This document shows, piece by piece, positions 19,537 to 28,834 of a stretch of 64,000 nucleotides of DNA. Positions within the stretch are counted from its first letter, which is position 1; every line of letters starts with the position of its first letter. The stretch is taken from NCBI GenBank assembly GCA_902569785.1, contig CACFVO010000001.1, forward strand, positions 115,971-179,970, in the 5' to 3' direction. Made by a program: the position numbers and the translations under genes. The stretch comes from an uncultured Pelagibacteraceae bacterium. GTDB taxonomy: Bacteria > Pseudomonadota > Alphaproteobacteria > Pelagibacterales > Pelagibacteraceae. The notes beneath the pieces are model-generated. The model made no database searches, was not told where the DNA came from, and worked only from the letters and a program-made list of their open reading frames with translations.

Positions 19537-20308
19537 TTAAATTATTGCTACGTCTTATTAAAATAGTAGGATTTTTATAATCTTCATTTCCGTATTTAAA
19601 TGATTCTCTTTCAAGGTTAGTTACTATAGCTCCTGCACTTTCAGCTATTGCATGACCTGCTGCATCATCCCATTCATTTGCTCTAACTTTATCCAAGTAT
19701 AAATCATATTCTCCAGTAGCTATCACACAGTATTTATATGAACTGCTTAATTTTCTAAAGGATGTTACACCAAATTCTTTTATTTTATCTAATATAATTT
19801 TAGGTGGATCTGTATGGTTTGTTAATGCGATTACTTCTCCCTTTGGAGTTTTTTTCTTACAATCTAATTTCAAAATTTGATTATTTTCAAGTAATAAAGA
19901 ATTATTTTTTCCAAATGAATAAAAAATTCTATTTTTTTTTGGAACTCCTATAACACCAATAGCTGGAAGATTATTAATAATTAAACCTGCATTTAAAGTA
20001 TATTCATCTTTTCCTGCAATATACTCTTTCGTGCCATCAATTGGGTCTATAAGCCAATATGTATTTAATGTATTCTTTTTTTTTAAGTCTACAGTTTCTT
20101 CTGAAATAATAGGAATATTAGGAGTTAGTTGAATAATTTTTTTTGTAATAATTTCATTTACTTTTAAATCTCCGTTGGTAACTGGTGAACCATCTTCTTT
20201 AGTATTTATTTTTACCCCCTGTTTCTCAATCTTAATAGACTCACTTCCCGCTTCTTTAAAAGTTTCAATTAAGCCTTCTGCAACAATTTTTAAATCGTTA
20301 TTGTTCAT
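19529..20308 (-). CDS. cysQ: 3'(2'),5'-bisphosphate nucleotidase (inositol monophosphatase family)
   Basis: K.DGSPVT.GD, ISEE, WLIDPIDGTKE, EWDDAAGHAI. Confidence 0.85.
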   Translation of the reverse strand: MNNNDLKIVAEGLIETFKEAGSESIKIEKQGVKINTKEDGSPVTNGDLKVNEIITKKIIQLTPNIPIISEETVDLKKKNTLNTYWLIDPIDGTKEYIAGKDEYTLNAGLIINNLPAIGVIGVPKKNRIFYSFGKNNSLLLENNQILKLDCKKKTPKGEVIALTNHTDPPKIILDKIKEFGVTSFRKLSSSYKYCVIATGEYDLYLDKVRANEWDDAAGHAIAESAGAIVTNLERESFKYGNEDYKNPTILIRRSNNLNV

Positions 20309-20474
20309 TTTTAAATTTTTCTAGTGTAATTATTTCAATATTTAATACTTTTTTTCCAACATTTTCAAAATTAACAGTAACTTTATTCTTAATGATAGAC
20401 TGAATTTGCCCTATACCCCAACTTTTGTTTGCAGGATTCAGAACATAATCACCTGGTTCAAAGTCAATATGCAT
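20298..20474 (-). CDS. DUF3553 family protein
   Basis: MHIDFEPGDYVLNPANKSWGIGQIQSIIKNKVTVNFENVGKKVLN...; WG.GQ.QS and TVNFE..GK motifs; missed by ORF track. Confidence 0.85.
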   Translation of the reverse strand: MHIDFEPGDYVLNPANKSWGIGQIQSIIKNKVTVNFENVGKKVLNIEIITLEKFKNEQ

Positions 20475-20513
20475 TATGGAAAGTAACTTATATTTATATT
20501 ATACACTTTTAAA

Positions 20514-21641
20514 ATGAATTCTCTAGGAATTAATAAATTGAAAAAAGAGACAAAAGTGGTTGTTGCTATGTCTGGAGGGGTGGACTCATCTGTAGTTGCG
20601 GCTCTTATGAAAGAAGAAGGTTATGATGTAACCGGCATTACTTTAAAACTATATGATGACGCAAAGCCATCAAAAGAGGGGAGACAATGTTGTGCAGGTC
20701 AAGATATTTTGGATGCTAAAAGAGTATCAGAAAAGCTTAATATAAAACACGAAATTTTATTTTATCAAAAGAAATTTAAATCTGAAGTTATTGATTCTTT
20801 TATTGATAGCTATGTAAGTGGTGAAACACCTATTCCATGTGTACAGTGTAATCAAACTGTCAAATTTAGAGATTTATTTAAATACGCAAAAGATTTAAAT
20901 GCTGATGCTTTAGTTACTGGTCACTACGTTTCAAGAATTCAGAAAAATGGTCATGCTAATATGTATAGAGCTAAAGACCGAAATCGAGATCAAAGCTATT
21001 TTCTATTTAGCACTTCTCAAGAACAACTTGATTTTCTTAGATTTCCTTTAGGTCAGATTGATAAATTAGAAACCAGATCTATAGCTCAAAAACTTAAATT
21101 AAATGTAGCTGACAAACCAGACAGTCAAGATATATGTTTTGTTCCTAACGGGGATTATAGTTCAGTAATAAAAAAATTTAGACCCGAATCTTTCAAACCA
21201 GGAAAAATTTTGGATATTTCCGGTAATAAAATAGGAGAGCATGAAGGAATAATAAATTATACTATAGGCCAAAGAAAAGGCATTAAAATACCTGATGAAA
21301 AACCTTTATATGTCATAAATATAAATTCTGATAATAATACAATAACAGTAGGTGCTAAAAAGTTTTTAGAAATTAAAGAAATTAAATTAAGAGATTTAAA
21401 TTTATTAGGAGACAAGCAAGATTTTGAAAATCTAATTTATATAAAAGTAAGATCCACTGGGAGACTTATTAAAGCAAAAATTACAATTTTAAATGATACA
21501 GCTAAAGTTGAAATTTTAGAGAGTGAAACAGGAATCTCACCTGGTCAAGCATGTGTTTTTTATTCGAAAGATGACTATGGGGATAAAGTGCTAGGTGGGG
21601 GATGGATTCATAAGACATATAATAAAAATTTATCCACTTAG
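20514..21641 (+). CDS. mnmA: tRNA 2-thiouridine(34) synthase
   Basis: [44 protein letters not shown]. Confidence 0.97.
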   Translation: MNSLGINKLKKETKVVVAMSGGVDSSVVAALMKEEGYDVTGITLKLYDDAKPSKEGRQCCAGQDILDAKRVSEKLNIKHEILFYQKKFKSEVIDSFIDSYVSGETPIPCVQCNQTVKFRDLFKYAKDLNADALVTGHYVSRIQKNGHANMYRAKDRNRDQSYFLFSTSQEQLDFLRFPLGQIDKLETRSIAQKLKLNVADKPDSQDICFVPNGDYSSVIKKFRPESFKPGKILDISGNKIGEHEGIINYTIGQRKGIKIPDEKPLYVININSDNNTITVGAKKFLEIKEIKLRDLNLLGDKQDFENLIYIKVRSTGRLIKAKITILNDTAKVEILESETGISPGQACVFYSKDDYGDKVLGGGWIHKTYNKNLST

Positions 21642-21711
21642 TTAACAGGCAGATTTAGAGCACGTATAAGGTGATACCTTTATTTTTTTAAAAATGATTT
21701 AATAAAATTAA

Positions 21712-21882
21712 TTAAGAGGCAACTCTTAACTGGCCATTTAGGGAAAAACCGAGAGGTTCAAGCTTAAAGGGCAGAAAGGTGGACCTAGTAGCGCTAGAAT
21801 AGTCCATCGGGAAGGCTTGGCGGTAGCGCCTACAACGACGAGCCAAAACTACTAAATTTCTGGGCGAAAGCCTAGAAATTTA
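21712..21882 (+). ncRNA. Structured noncoding RNA candidate (five hairpins)
   Basis: Locally GC-rich; stems capped by GCAA, GAGA and GAAA tetraloops; G-U pairs work on the + strand. Confidence 0.75.
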
Positions 21883-22581
21883 TGTGGTTCTTCTCCAAAA
21901 AAATCTTGAAAATAAATAAAATAAAATCACCCCAACAAAATAATTCCATTCTAACCCATGTTTGAATTGAGTGTTACCTTTAGTAATCAATATAGGTAGA
22001 CTTAAAATTCCCACTAAAGCAAGAATTGACACCAAAGCAATCTTTAAAATTAAAACTCTTTTGTTTATTAACTTTTCTAACTTTAATTTAAGTTTATAAA
22101 AATGGTAAACTAAGATTCCTTGAGCAATTATTTCGAATATAATGAATAATAAAAGCACCACTCTTCTAAAAAGTTTGTAAATTTGAATATCAAATTTTAC
22201 ACCAAGTAATATAGAATGAATTACCAAAAATATTGCTGATAAAATTCCAAATGTTTTAAATTTGTAATTAATATTTGATGAATTCAAATTATTAACCAAT
22301 TGATTATTATTTTTCCAATAGATAACTAAAAGCACAGCGGTTAAAAACATAGCTGGTTTAAATATCAAATACTGCGGGAAAGTTCTCGAGGCTCTACTTA
22401 TAGAGAGTCCTCCATCTAGATAGGGAATAGAAAATCCCGATCTTCCAATTTGATCAACAGAGAAAATAGTATCTTCAAGAAATTGAGGATTTTGAGAAAT
22501 TATTAAACACAAATTAATTGCAAACAATGGAAGAAGAAAAATCCATAAACTCAACTTTCTTATTTGAGCTATTTCTTTCAT
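21880..22581 (-). CDS. Hypothetical multi-TM membrane protein
   Basis: About 6 hydrophobic segments; IPY.DG..SISR..R motif. Confidence 0.7.
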   Translation of the reverse strand: MKEIAQIRKLSLWIFLLPLFAINLCLIISQNPQFLEDTIFSVDQIGRSGFSIPYLDGGLSISRASRTFPQYLIFKPAMFLTAVLLVIYWKNNNQLVNNLNSSNINYKFKTFGILSAIFLVIHSILLGVKFDIQIYKLFRRVVLLLFIIFEIIAQGILVYHFYKLKLKLEKLINKRVLILKIALVSILALVGILSLPILITKGNTQFKHGLEWNYFVGVILFYLFSRFFWRRTT

Positions 22582-22599
22582 AGATATTATAAATATTGA

Positions 22600-22683
22600 T
22601 TATTTTCTCTTATTTCTTTTTCTAGCTCTTCTTTTTTTAGAGCCAATCTTCCTACGCCCTCTATGTTTTTTGGGATAACCCAT
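22600..22683 (-). CDS. 27-aa ultrabasic microprotein
   Basis: MGYPKKHRGRRKIGSKKRRARKRNKRK, strong AAGGAG SD upstream. Confidence 0.7.
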   Translation of the reverse strand: MGYPKKHRGRRKIGSKKRRARKRNKRK

Positions 22684-22746
22684 ATTTTTCACTCCTTTTA
22701 TATATTTTTGTATAAAACTTATGTAAGTTTCAATTATACTTATTTT

Positions 22747-23937
22747 ATGAAAAAGTCTATAAGCACATTTTTAAAACATCCAACTAAAGATAGCTCTAAT
22801 AGATCAGCAAACCCTCCAGTAACAAGAGCATCTACTATACTTTTTAACTCTATGCAGGAACTTTTACAGCATGAAAAAAAGATTAAAGCTAATAAGAAAA
22901 TTAGTTATTACAGTTATGGAAGATACGGAAGCTCCACAACAATAGAGTTGGAAAATATACTAAAAAAATTAGAAGAAGCTTATCATGTTTTTCTTACAGG
23001 AACTGGATTTGGTGGAGTTGCTCTTGCAATTATGAGTTTATGCAGACCTGGCGATGAAATTTTAGTTTCTGATAATGTTTATGGACCTACTAAAGAAATA
23101 TCAGATAAACTAGTCAGGGAATTTAATATAAATGCAAAATTTTATGATCCAGACAAATTTGAAGACTTAAAAAATAAAATTACCAATCAAACTAAAATGA
23201 TAATAGTTGAGAATCCTGGAAGTAGTACATTCGAGTTTCAAGATCTTTCAAAAATTGTAAAACTAGCAAAAAGAAAAAATATTTTAACTTTTCTTGATAA
23301 TACTTGGGGTACACCTCTATATTTAAAACCTCTTAAAATTGGTTTTGATCTATCTTTTTGCTCTGCAACTAAATATTTTTCTGGTCATTCTGATGCAATG
23401 GGAGGATCATTAGCTGTAAATAAAAAAGTTTTTAAAAAAGTAATGTTTTTTTACAAACTATCGGGTTACAGAATGTCTGCCGATGAAGCATATCTAATTA
23501 TCAGAGGTTTAAGAACTTTAGATGTAAGGCTTAAAAATCATTATGAAAATACAAAAATAATTATTAACTTTTTAAAGAAACAAAAAAAGATAAAAGAAAT
23601 ACTTTATCCATATAAACCTTCCTCTAAAAATTATAAATTATGGAAAAAATATTACTCTGGAGCTAATGGCTTGTTTTCAATAGTTATTAAAAGCAAAAAA
23701 AAATCATCCGTAATTAAATTCGTTAATTCACTAGAATTATTCGGAATTGGCTATAGCTGGGGTGGTTTTGAGAGTCTAGTACTTTTGCAAGATTTAAGAA
23801 CTAATACTAAATACACTCAAACAAGACGTTATTTTAGATTTGCGAAAGATGAGCATATTGTAAGACTACATATTGGCCTAGAAGATCCTAAAGATTTAAT
23901 TACGGACTTAAAAAAATCTTTAAGATATATTAAATAA
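22747..23937 (+). CDS. metC: Cystathionine beta-lyase (Cys/Met PLP family)
   Basis: NPPVTRASTILF, YGRYG, DNTWGTP, SATKYFSGHSD, GYSWGGFESL, RLHIGLED; start 22747 rather than 22663. Confidence 0.88.
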   Translation: MKKSISTFLKHPTKDSSNRSANPPVTRASTILFNSMQELLQHEKKIKANKKISYYSYGRYGSSTTIELENILKKLEEAYHVFLTGTGFGGVALAIMSLCRPGDEILVSDNVYGPTKEISDKLVREFNINAKFYDPDKFEDLKNKITNQTKMIIVENPGSSTFEFQDLSKIVKLAKRKNILTFLDNTWGTPLYLKPLKIGFDLSFCSATKYFSGHSDAMGGSLAVNKKVFKKVMFFYKLSGYRMSADEAYLIIRGLRTLDVRLKNHYENTKIIINFLKKQKKIKEILYPYKPSSKNYKLWKKYYSGANGLFSIVIKSKKKSSVIKFVNSLELFGIGYSWGGFESLVLLQDLRTNTKYTQTRRYFRFAKDEHIVRLHIGLEDPKDLITDLKKSLRYIK

Positions 23938-25160
23938 TGTCAGAAAAATTTATTTCAAATAGATTAACAGTCATTGTTTTGGCTTCAGCTTGCACTGTAA
24001 TTCTAATTTCTATGGGATTGAGACAGACATTCGGTTTGTTCTTTCAAGCTTTTGAAGAAGGACTGGGAGTTACTAGAACTGAATTTGGTTTAGCAATTGG
24101 AATACAAATGATTTTTTGGGGTTTCTTTGCTCCAATATTTGGATTATTAGCTGATAAATTTGGAGGAAATAAAGCTGTCTTTGCAGGTTTTATAATTTTT
24201 GCACTAGGTATTTATATGATTTATTCTGGTCCAAACACAGGAATTTTTTTCCAAATTGGTCTAGGAGTTCTTATCGGCACAGCTTTAGGAGCCACTGCTC
24301 TTGCAGTGCCAGTTTCTGAAGTCGGTAAACATTTTTCTGATAAAAATAGAACTCTTGCTACAGGAATTGTTACAGCCGCAGCATCTGTCGGATATTTTCT
24401 TGCACCTTTATTTACTAAATACAGTTTAGGAGAAGTGGGTTGGGAGGAAACTTTTAAATATTTTTTATACTTTGTATTCTTTGGAGCAATTGCCTCTTTG
24501 TTTCTTCTGCCTAAAAAAGATATTTTAACTAATATTGGTTCTGTCAAAGAACAAACTTTTTTTGAGTCAATGAAAGAAGCGTTTTCTCATAAAGGATATG
24601 TCTTATTACTGAGCGGTTTTTTTGTTTGTGGATTCCAAATAACTTTAGTAGGAACTCACATCCCAGGCTATATGCAAGATAGAGGAATGGATGGTTGGCC
24701 AGCTACTATTATTTTAGCTCTAATTGGATTGTTTAATATAGTTGGGACTTTAGGTATGGGTTATCTTGGTACTAAATACAAAAAGAAGATTCTCTTAAGT
24801 TTGCTTTATGCTTCCAGAGCAGTAATCATATCAATTTTTATATTTTCACCTCCCTCACTTGGAATGTCAATTTTCTTTGGGATTACTTTCGGTATGGTTT
24901 GGCTTTCAACTGTGCCACCGACTAACGGAATTGTAGCTCAGATTTTTGGCACAAAATATTTAAGCACACTATTTGGAATTGTATTTTTTAGCCATCAAGT
25001 TGGCTCATTTCTTGGAGCTTTCTTAGGTGGTTACTTTTATGACCTATATGGGTCTTATGATTATGCTTGGTATGTTGCAATTGCATTATCAGCGTTCGCA
25101 GCTTTAGTTCATATACCAATTGACGAGAGACCAATAGCTAGGGTAGAAACAATATCCTAG
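23937..25160 (+). CDS. MFS transporter
   Basis: About 12 TM; G.RQTFGLF, G.LADKFG, GFFVCGF, WLSTVPPT, HQVGSFLG. Confidence 0.9.
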   Translation: MSEKFISNRLTVIVLASACTVILISMGLRQTFGLFFQAFEEGLGVTRTEFGLAIGIQMIFWGFFAPIFGLLADKFGGNKAVFAGFIIFALGIYMIYSGPNTGIFFQIGLGVLIGTALGATALAVPVSEVGKHFSDKNRTLATGIVTAAASVGYFLAPLFTKYSLGEVGWEETFKYFLYFVFFGAIASLFLLPKKDILTNIGSVKEQTFFESMKEAFSHKGYVLLLSGFFVCGFQITLVGTHIPGYMQDRGMDGWPATIILALIGLFNIVGTLGMGYLGTKYKKKILLSLLYASRAVIISIFIFSPPSLGMSIFFGITFGMVWLSTVPPTNGIVAQIFGTKYLSTLFGIVFFSHQVGSFLGAFLGGYFYDLYGSYDYAWYVAIALSAFAALVHIPIDERPIARVETIS

Positions 25161-25263
25161 TTAACCACAACACAATTTAAAGTTGCAGAATGAGTCCGAA
25201 CATGAATCAAAACTGAATCAAAAGGTGAACATTTCATTTTATCATGTCTAGAGTTGTGGATAA
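25161..25263. promoter_or_regulatory. DnaA-box and GANTC cluster
   Basis: TTAACCACA (25161-69), perfect TGTGGATAA (25255-63), three GANTC sites, TGAATCAAAA repeated twice. Confidence 0.4.
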
Positions 25264-25334
25264 TTTGCTTTTTTTTGTTTTAATAAGACAAATTATTTTA
25301 ATAGTGTCCAATCAATATTAACAAAGGAGCAAAA

Positions 25335-26003
25335 ATGTTTTCAAAAGAATTAGGAGAAAAATTAGATCAATACCATTTATTAAAACACCCGTTTTATCAA
25401 GTTTTTTGGAACGAAGGTAAATTGACAAGAGAAATCATAAAAGACTATGCAGAACAATATTATCAACACGTAAAAGCTTTTCCAAGATATATAAGCGCAA
25501 CGCATTCAATATGTGAAGACATTGAAAAAAGAAGAATTCTTTTAGAAAATTTACAAGACGAAGAACATAAAGATGGAGATCATCCTAAGTTATGGAAGAA
25601 TTTTGCAAAAGCAATGGGATCAGATGTTAAAAAAATTGATGATGCTAAAGCTTATTCTTTTACTAAAGAGATGATAGATAATTTTTTTATTCAAGCCAGA
25701 TCATCTTATGCCGAAGGACTGGCTTCTTTATATACTTATGAGAGACAAATTCCTGAAATAGCTGAGACAAAAATTCAAGGACTTAAAAAGTTTTACGGAG
25801 TAAGTTCAAAAGAAGGTCTTGAATTTTTTGAAGTTCATAAATCTGCTGATGTAGTTCATAGAGGAGAATGTGAAAAGCTGTTAGATGGATTATCTAAAGA
25901 AGAGCAAGCAAAAGCAGAAAAGGCAGCTCTTTCAACCGCAAAATATTTATGGAATTTTTTAAGCGGAATGACTGCCAAATATAATTTGCAAGTCGCGGCT
26001 TAG
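25335..26003 (+). CDS. CADD-family heme-oxygenase-like dimetal oxidase (putative pABA synthase)
   Basis: HLLKHPFY..W..G.L, ENL.DEE...H..LW, YE.QIPEIA.TKI.GL, H..AD..H. Confidence 0.85.
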   Translation: MFSKELGEKLDQYHLLKHPFYQVFWNEGKLTREIIKDYAEQYYQHVKAFPRYISATHSICEDIEKRRILLENLQDEEHKDGDHPKLWKNFAKAMGSDVKKIDDAKAYSFTKEMIDNFFIQARSSYAEGLASLYTYERQIPEIAETKIQGLKKFYGVSSKEGLEFFEVHKSADVVHRGECEKLLDGLSKEEQAKAEKAALSTAKYLWNFLSGMTAKYNLQVAA

Positions 26004-26029
26004 TAAATTTATAAAAAGATATTTTTTTA

Positions 26030-26704
26030 ATGCAGGATTTGCTTGAAATACTTTCATTAGCTTATAAAAAACTTTCTGCTGAAAATATTGTTTTATTTTT
26101 ACTTCTTATTAAGATAGTTTTTTGTGCAATAGGTGGACTGATTGTAACCTTCATTCATTCAAAATTTAGCTATAAATGGTTAAGAAATAATTTTAATATT
26201 TATGTAGGAATTACTCTGCCAGTAATTGGTCTAGTAATAACCACTGTTATCGGGTCTAACATTGCCTTGAGCATAGGTATGATAGGCGCACTTTCAATTG
26301 TAAGATTTAGAACTCCGATAAGAACTCCTTACGAGCTAGTTCACTATTTTAGTTTGCTCACAATTGGAATAAGTGCAAAAGTTGATCTAAATATCACTCT
26401 TGTATTAGTTATACTTCTTTCTGTATTGCCTTATTTTATAAAAAGATTTTCAATTACAAATTTAAATAAACCAGACGGAAATGGGAAACTCTCTTTGAGT
26501 TTTCAGGGCACCATGAAAGAAAAAGATTTCAACAATATTATTAGTAACAAAAATATTAAAAATTATTCAGTTAAAAATGAAAATAATAATATCAATGTTT
26601 CAGCATTTGCTATATTTGATAATTTAAGTGATAAAAAAAATTTTTTAAATAAATGGTCTTCAAAGATAAATAGCTATAATGTTGACTTAGATGAAAACTA
26701 TTAA
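26030..26704 (+). CDS. DUF4956 membrane protein
   Basis: SNIALSIGMIGALSIVRFRTPI signature. Confidence 0.92.
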   Translation: MQDLLEILSLAYKKLSAENIVLFLLLIKIVFCAIGGLIVTFIHSKFSYKWLRNNFNIYVGITLPVIGLVITTVIGSNIALSIGMIGALSIVRFRTPIRTPYELVHYFSLLTIGISAKVDLNITLVLVILLSVLPYFIKRFSITNLNKPDGNGKLSLSFQGTMKEKDFNNIISNKNIKNYSVKNENNNINVSAFAIFDNLSDKKNFLNKWSSKINSYNVDLDENY

Positions 26705-28820
26705 ATGGACTCTATTCTTTTATATTTTTTTAATTTTCGCACTAATTAGTAATAATTTTGCTTTTTCAAAAACCCTTAATATACCTTCAAAAATTCATTT
26801 TAAATTAGATAACTCAGAATACAACAAATATATTAGACGAGCGATGAGAGCCTATACAGACGGAGAGCTCTACGGAAAAAGCAATATAAAAAAAAAATAT
26901 AAAAAATGGGTTAAAGCCAAAATCATAGTTGAAGAAAAAAAAATCAATTCTGAAATAAGAATTCTTGGCGATTTAAAAGATCATTTAAGAATCCCTCAAA
27001 CAAGCTTAAAAGTTAAAATCATTAATGATAGTTTTTATGGAATAACACGCTTTAATCTCTTTCTTCCTGAAACACGAAAGGGGGAAAATGAAGTTTTTTG
27101 GACTTTAATGTTAAAAAAAATAAATTTTCCATCTTTATATACAAGAATGGTCGAAGTGAATTTAAATGGAAATATTTATAAAGCAATTTTACAAGAAGAT
27201 GCCACAAAAGAATTTTTAGAAAGAAATAATTTAACAGAAACAGTAATTTTAAAAGAAAATGATTTTCAGTTTTATTTAGATAAAAAAGAAAAAGAAATTT
27301 ATGACAAGCTTTTTACACCATCATTCGTTATTGATAATAATAATTTTTTAAAAAATGATATATCCAATTTTATAGCCTCGGAAGCAATTTCTTTAAAACT
27401 TAATACTAATTTTGAAAATCGAGTAATTAATGAGGATTTATTTAAATCTATTCATAAGAAATATGCATCTCATGGTCTAGGATCTATAAATAGAAAATAT
27501 ATTTTTTTACCATATAAGAAAATTTTTTTACCTTTATATTATGATGGGAATGTCCAATTTTTACCTGGAAAAACTAATTGTGACAGTGAAGTCAAAAAAG
27601 AGATTTTAGTAAATTTTAGAAAAGATTTTGAAGATCTGACAAATAATAAATTAACTAAAATGCAAGAGTGCGTTTTTAAAGATATTTATAATCTAGGTAA
27701 AAATAATATGAAAGAAACTAAAGAATTTTTTCTTGGACCCAAGTTCAAAAAAGAAGAGTCCGCAGAATATATAAATATTAAAAATAAAATTATTAAATAT
27801 GTAAAAAACAATGAAATAAAAAGGATTAATACTAAAAAAAAATTCGTAGAAAAAATGATCATTTATACTTTTATACTTGATGATAAATACTTTAATTGTT
27901 ATTTGAGCATTTTAGATAAAAAAATTAAATCATGTAATGAGATTGACCAATTAACTTACAGCAAATTTATTTCCGAGAGCGGTAGATTTGTAAAAACAGA
28001 ACAATTTAAATCTTTTCCAATAAATTTAGGTGTTTTTAATAATGAAATACCAATAATCAAATTAGATACAAATTCAAATAAATATTTTTTAGATCAAAAA
28101 GGAACCTATTTTTTTGTTGTTCAAAATTATAGCAATAAAGATTTAGAGTTTATTTTTCAAAACAGCCAGTCAAAACTTTTTATTCAAGGGGTTTTTAAAA
28201 ATGTAAATTTTAATTTTATAAATGAATTTAATAATGGAGAAAAATTATCAGAAGAATCTAGATATGATAAAAATCTTTTAACAGGATGTGTTAATTTTTT
28301 TGATACTACTTTTGAAAAAATTTCAATCAGAAGTGTAGATATGACTTGTGAAGACTCAGTTAATATTAAGAATTCAAAGGGACATATAGAAAATGTCGTG
28401 ATCAACAACTCTTTATACGATGCTTTTGATTTAGATTTTTCAAAACTAGATATTAAAAGCATTAATATAAATAATGCTAAAAATGACTGCCTAGATTTTT
28501 CTTTTGGCCACTACAAGATTAAAAATGCATACCTTAAAAATTGTGGAGATAAAGGTTTTTCTGTAGGAGAAAAATCACAGCTTAACTTAGACAATGCTTT
28601 TGTCACTTTAAGTAAAATTGGTGTTGCATCTAAAGATGAAGCGATAACAAATATAGAACAAATTAGAATGGAGAATATTGATCTTTGTTTATCGGCATAT
28701 AAAAAAAAAAAGGAATTTCAAGGATCTAAAATCAAAATAAATAAATTTAATTGTAATAACTATAAGACTAAAAAAGAGCTAGATAATTTATCAGAAATTT
28801 TAATTTTAAAAGAAAATTAA
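26691..28820 (+). CDS. Exported CotH-kinase-like protein with C-terminal right-handed beta-helix
   Basis: Signal anchor; RILGDLKDH..SLKVK, FNLFLPETR..ENE, VNLNG...LQE, HGL..INRKY, PLYYDG; C-terminal DAFDLDFS/NDCLDFS/CGDKGFSVGEKS/GVASKD repeats. Confidence 0.7.
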   Translation: MKTIKWTLFFYIFLIFALISNNFAFSKTLNIPSKIHFKLDNSEYNKYIRRAMRAYTDGELYGKSNIKKKYKKWVKAKIIVEEKKINSEIRILGDLKDHLRIPQTSLKVKIINDSFYGITRFNLFLPETRKGENEVFWTLMLKKINFPSLYTRMVEVNLNGNIYKAILQEDATKEFLERNNLTETVILKENDFQFYLDKKEKEIYDKLFTPSFVIDNNNFLKNDISNFIASEAISLKLNTNFENRVINEDLFKSIHKKYASHGLGSINRKYIFLPYKKIFLPLYYDGNVQFLPGKTNCDSEVKKEILVNFRKDFEDLTNNKLTKMQECVFKDIYNLGKNNMKETKEFFLGPKFKKEESAEYINIKNKIIKYVKNNEIKRINTKKKFVEKMIIYTFILDDKYFNCYLSILDKKIKSCNEIDQLTYSKFISESGRFVKTEQFKSFPINLGVFNNEIPIIKLDTNSNKYFLDQKGTYFFVVQNYSNKDLEFIFQNSQSKLFIQGVFKNVNFNFINEFNNGEKLSEESRYDKNLLTGCVNFFDTTFEKISIRSVDMTCEDSVNIKNSKGHIENVVINNSLYDAFDLDFSKLDIKSININNAKNDCLDFSFGHYKIKNAYLKNCGDKGFSVGEKSQLNLDNAFVTLSKIGVASKDEAITNIEQIRMENIDLCLSAYKKKKEFQGSKIKINKFNCNNYKTKKELDNLSEILILKEN

Positions 28821-28834
28821 GCAAATAAAATACT

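Noticed and set aside
21712-21882. tRNA, tmRNA, RNase P, SRP, 6S or a known riboswitch
   Set aside because: No T-loop or CCA, no GAGGAAAGUCC, no SRP GGAA/AGCAG loop, not a single rod, and no downstream same-strand gene; judged by eye only.
22663-22746. Extended metC N-terminus
   Set aside because: Non-homologous low-complexity sequence overlapping a better-supported opposite-strand microprotein and its SD.
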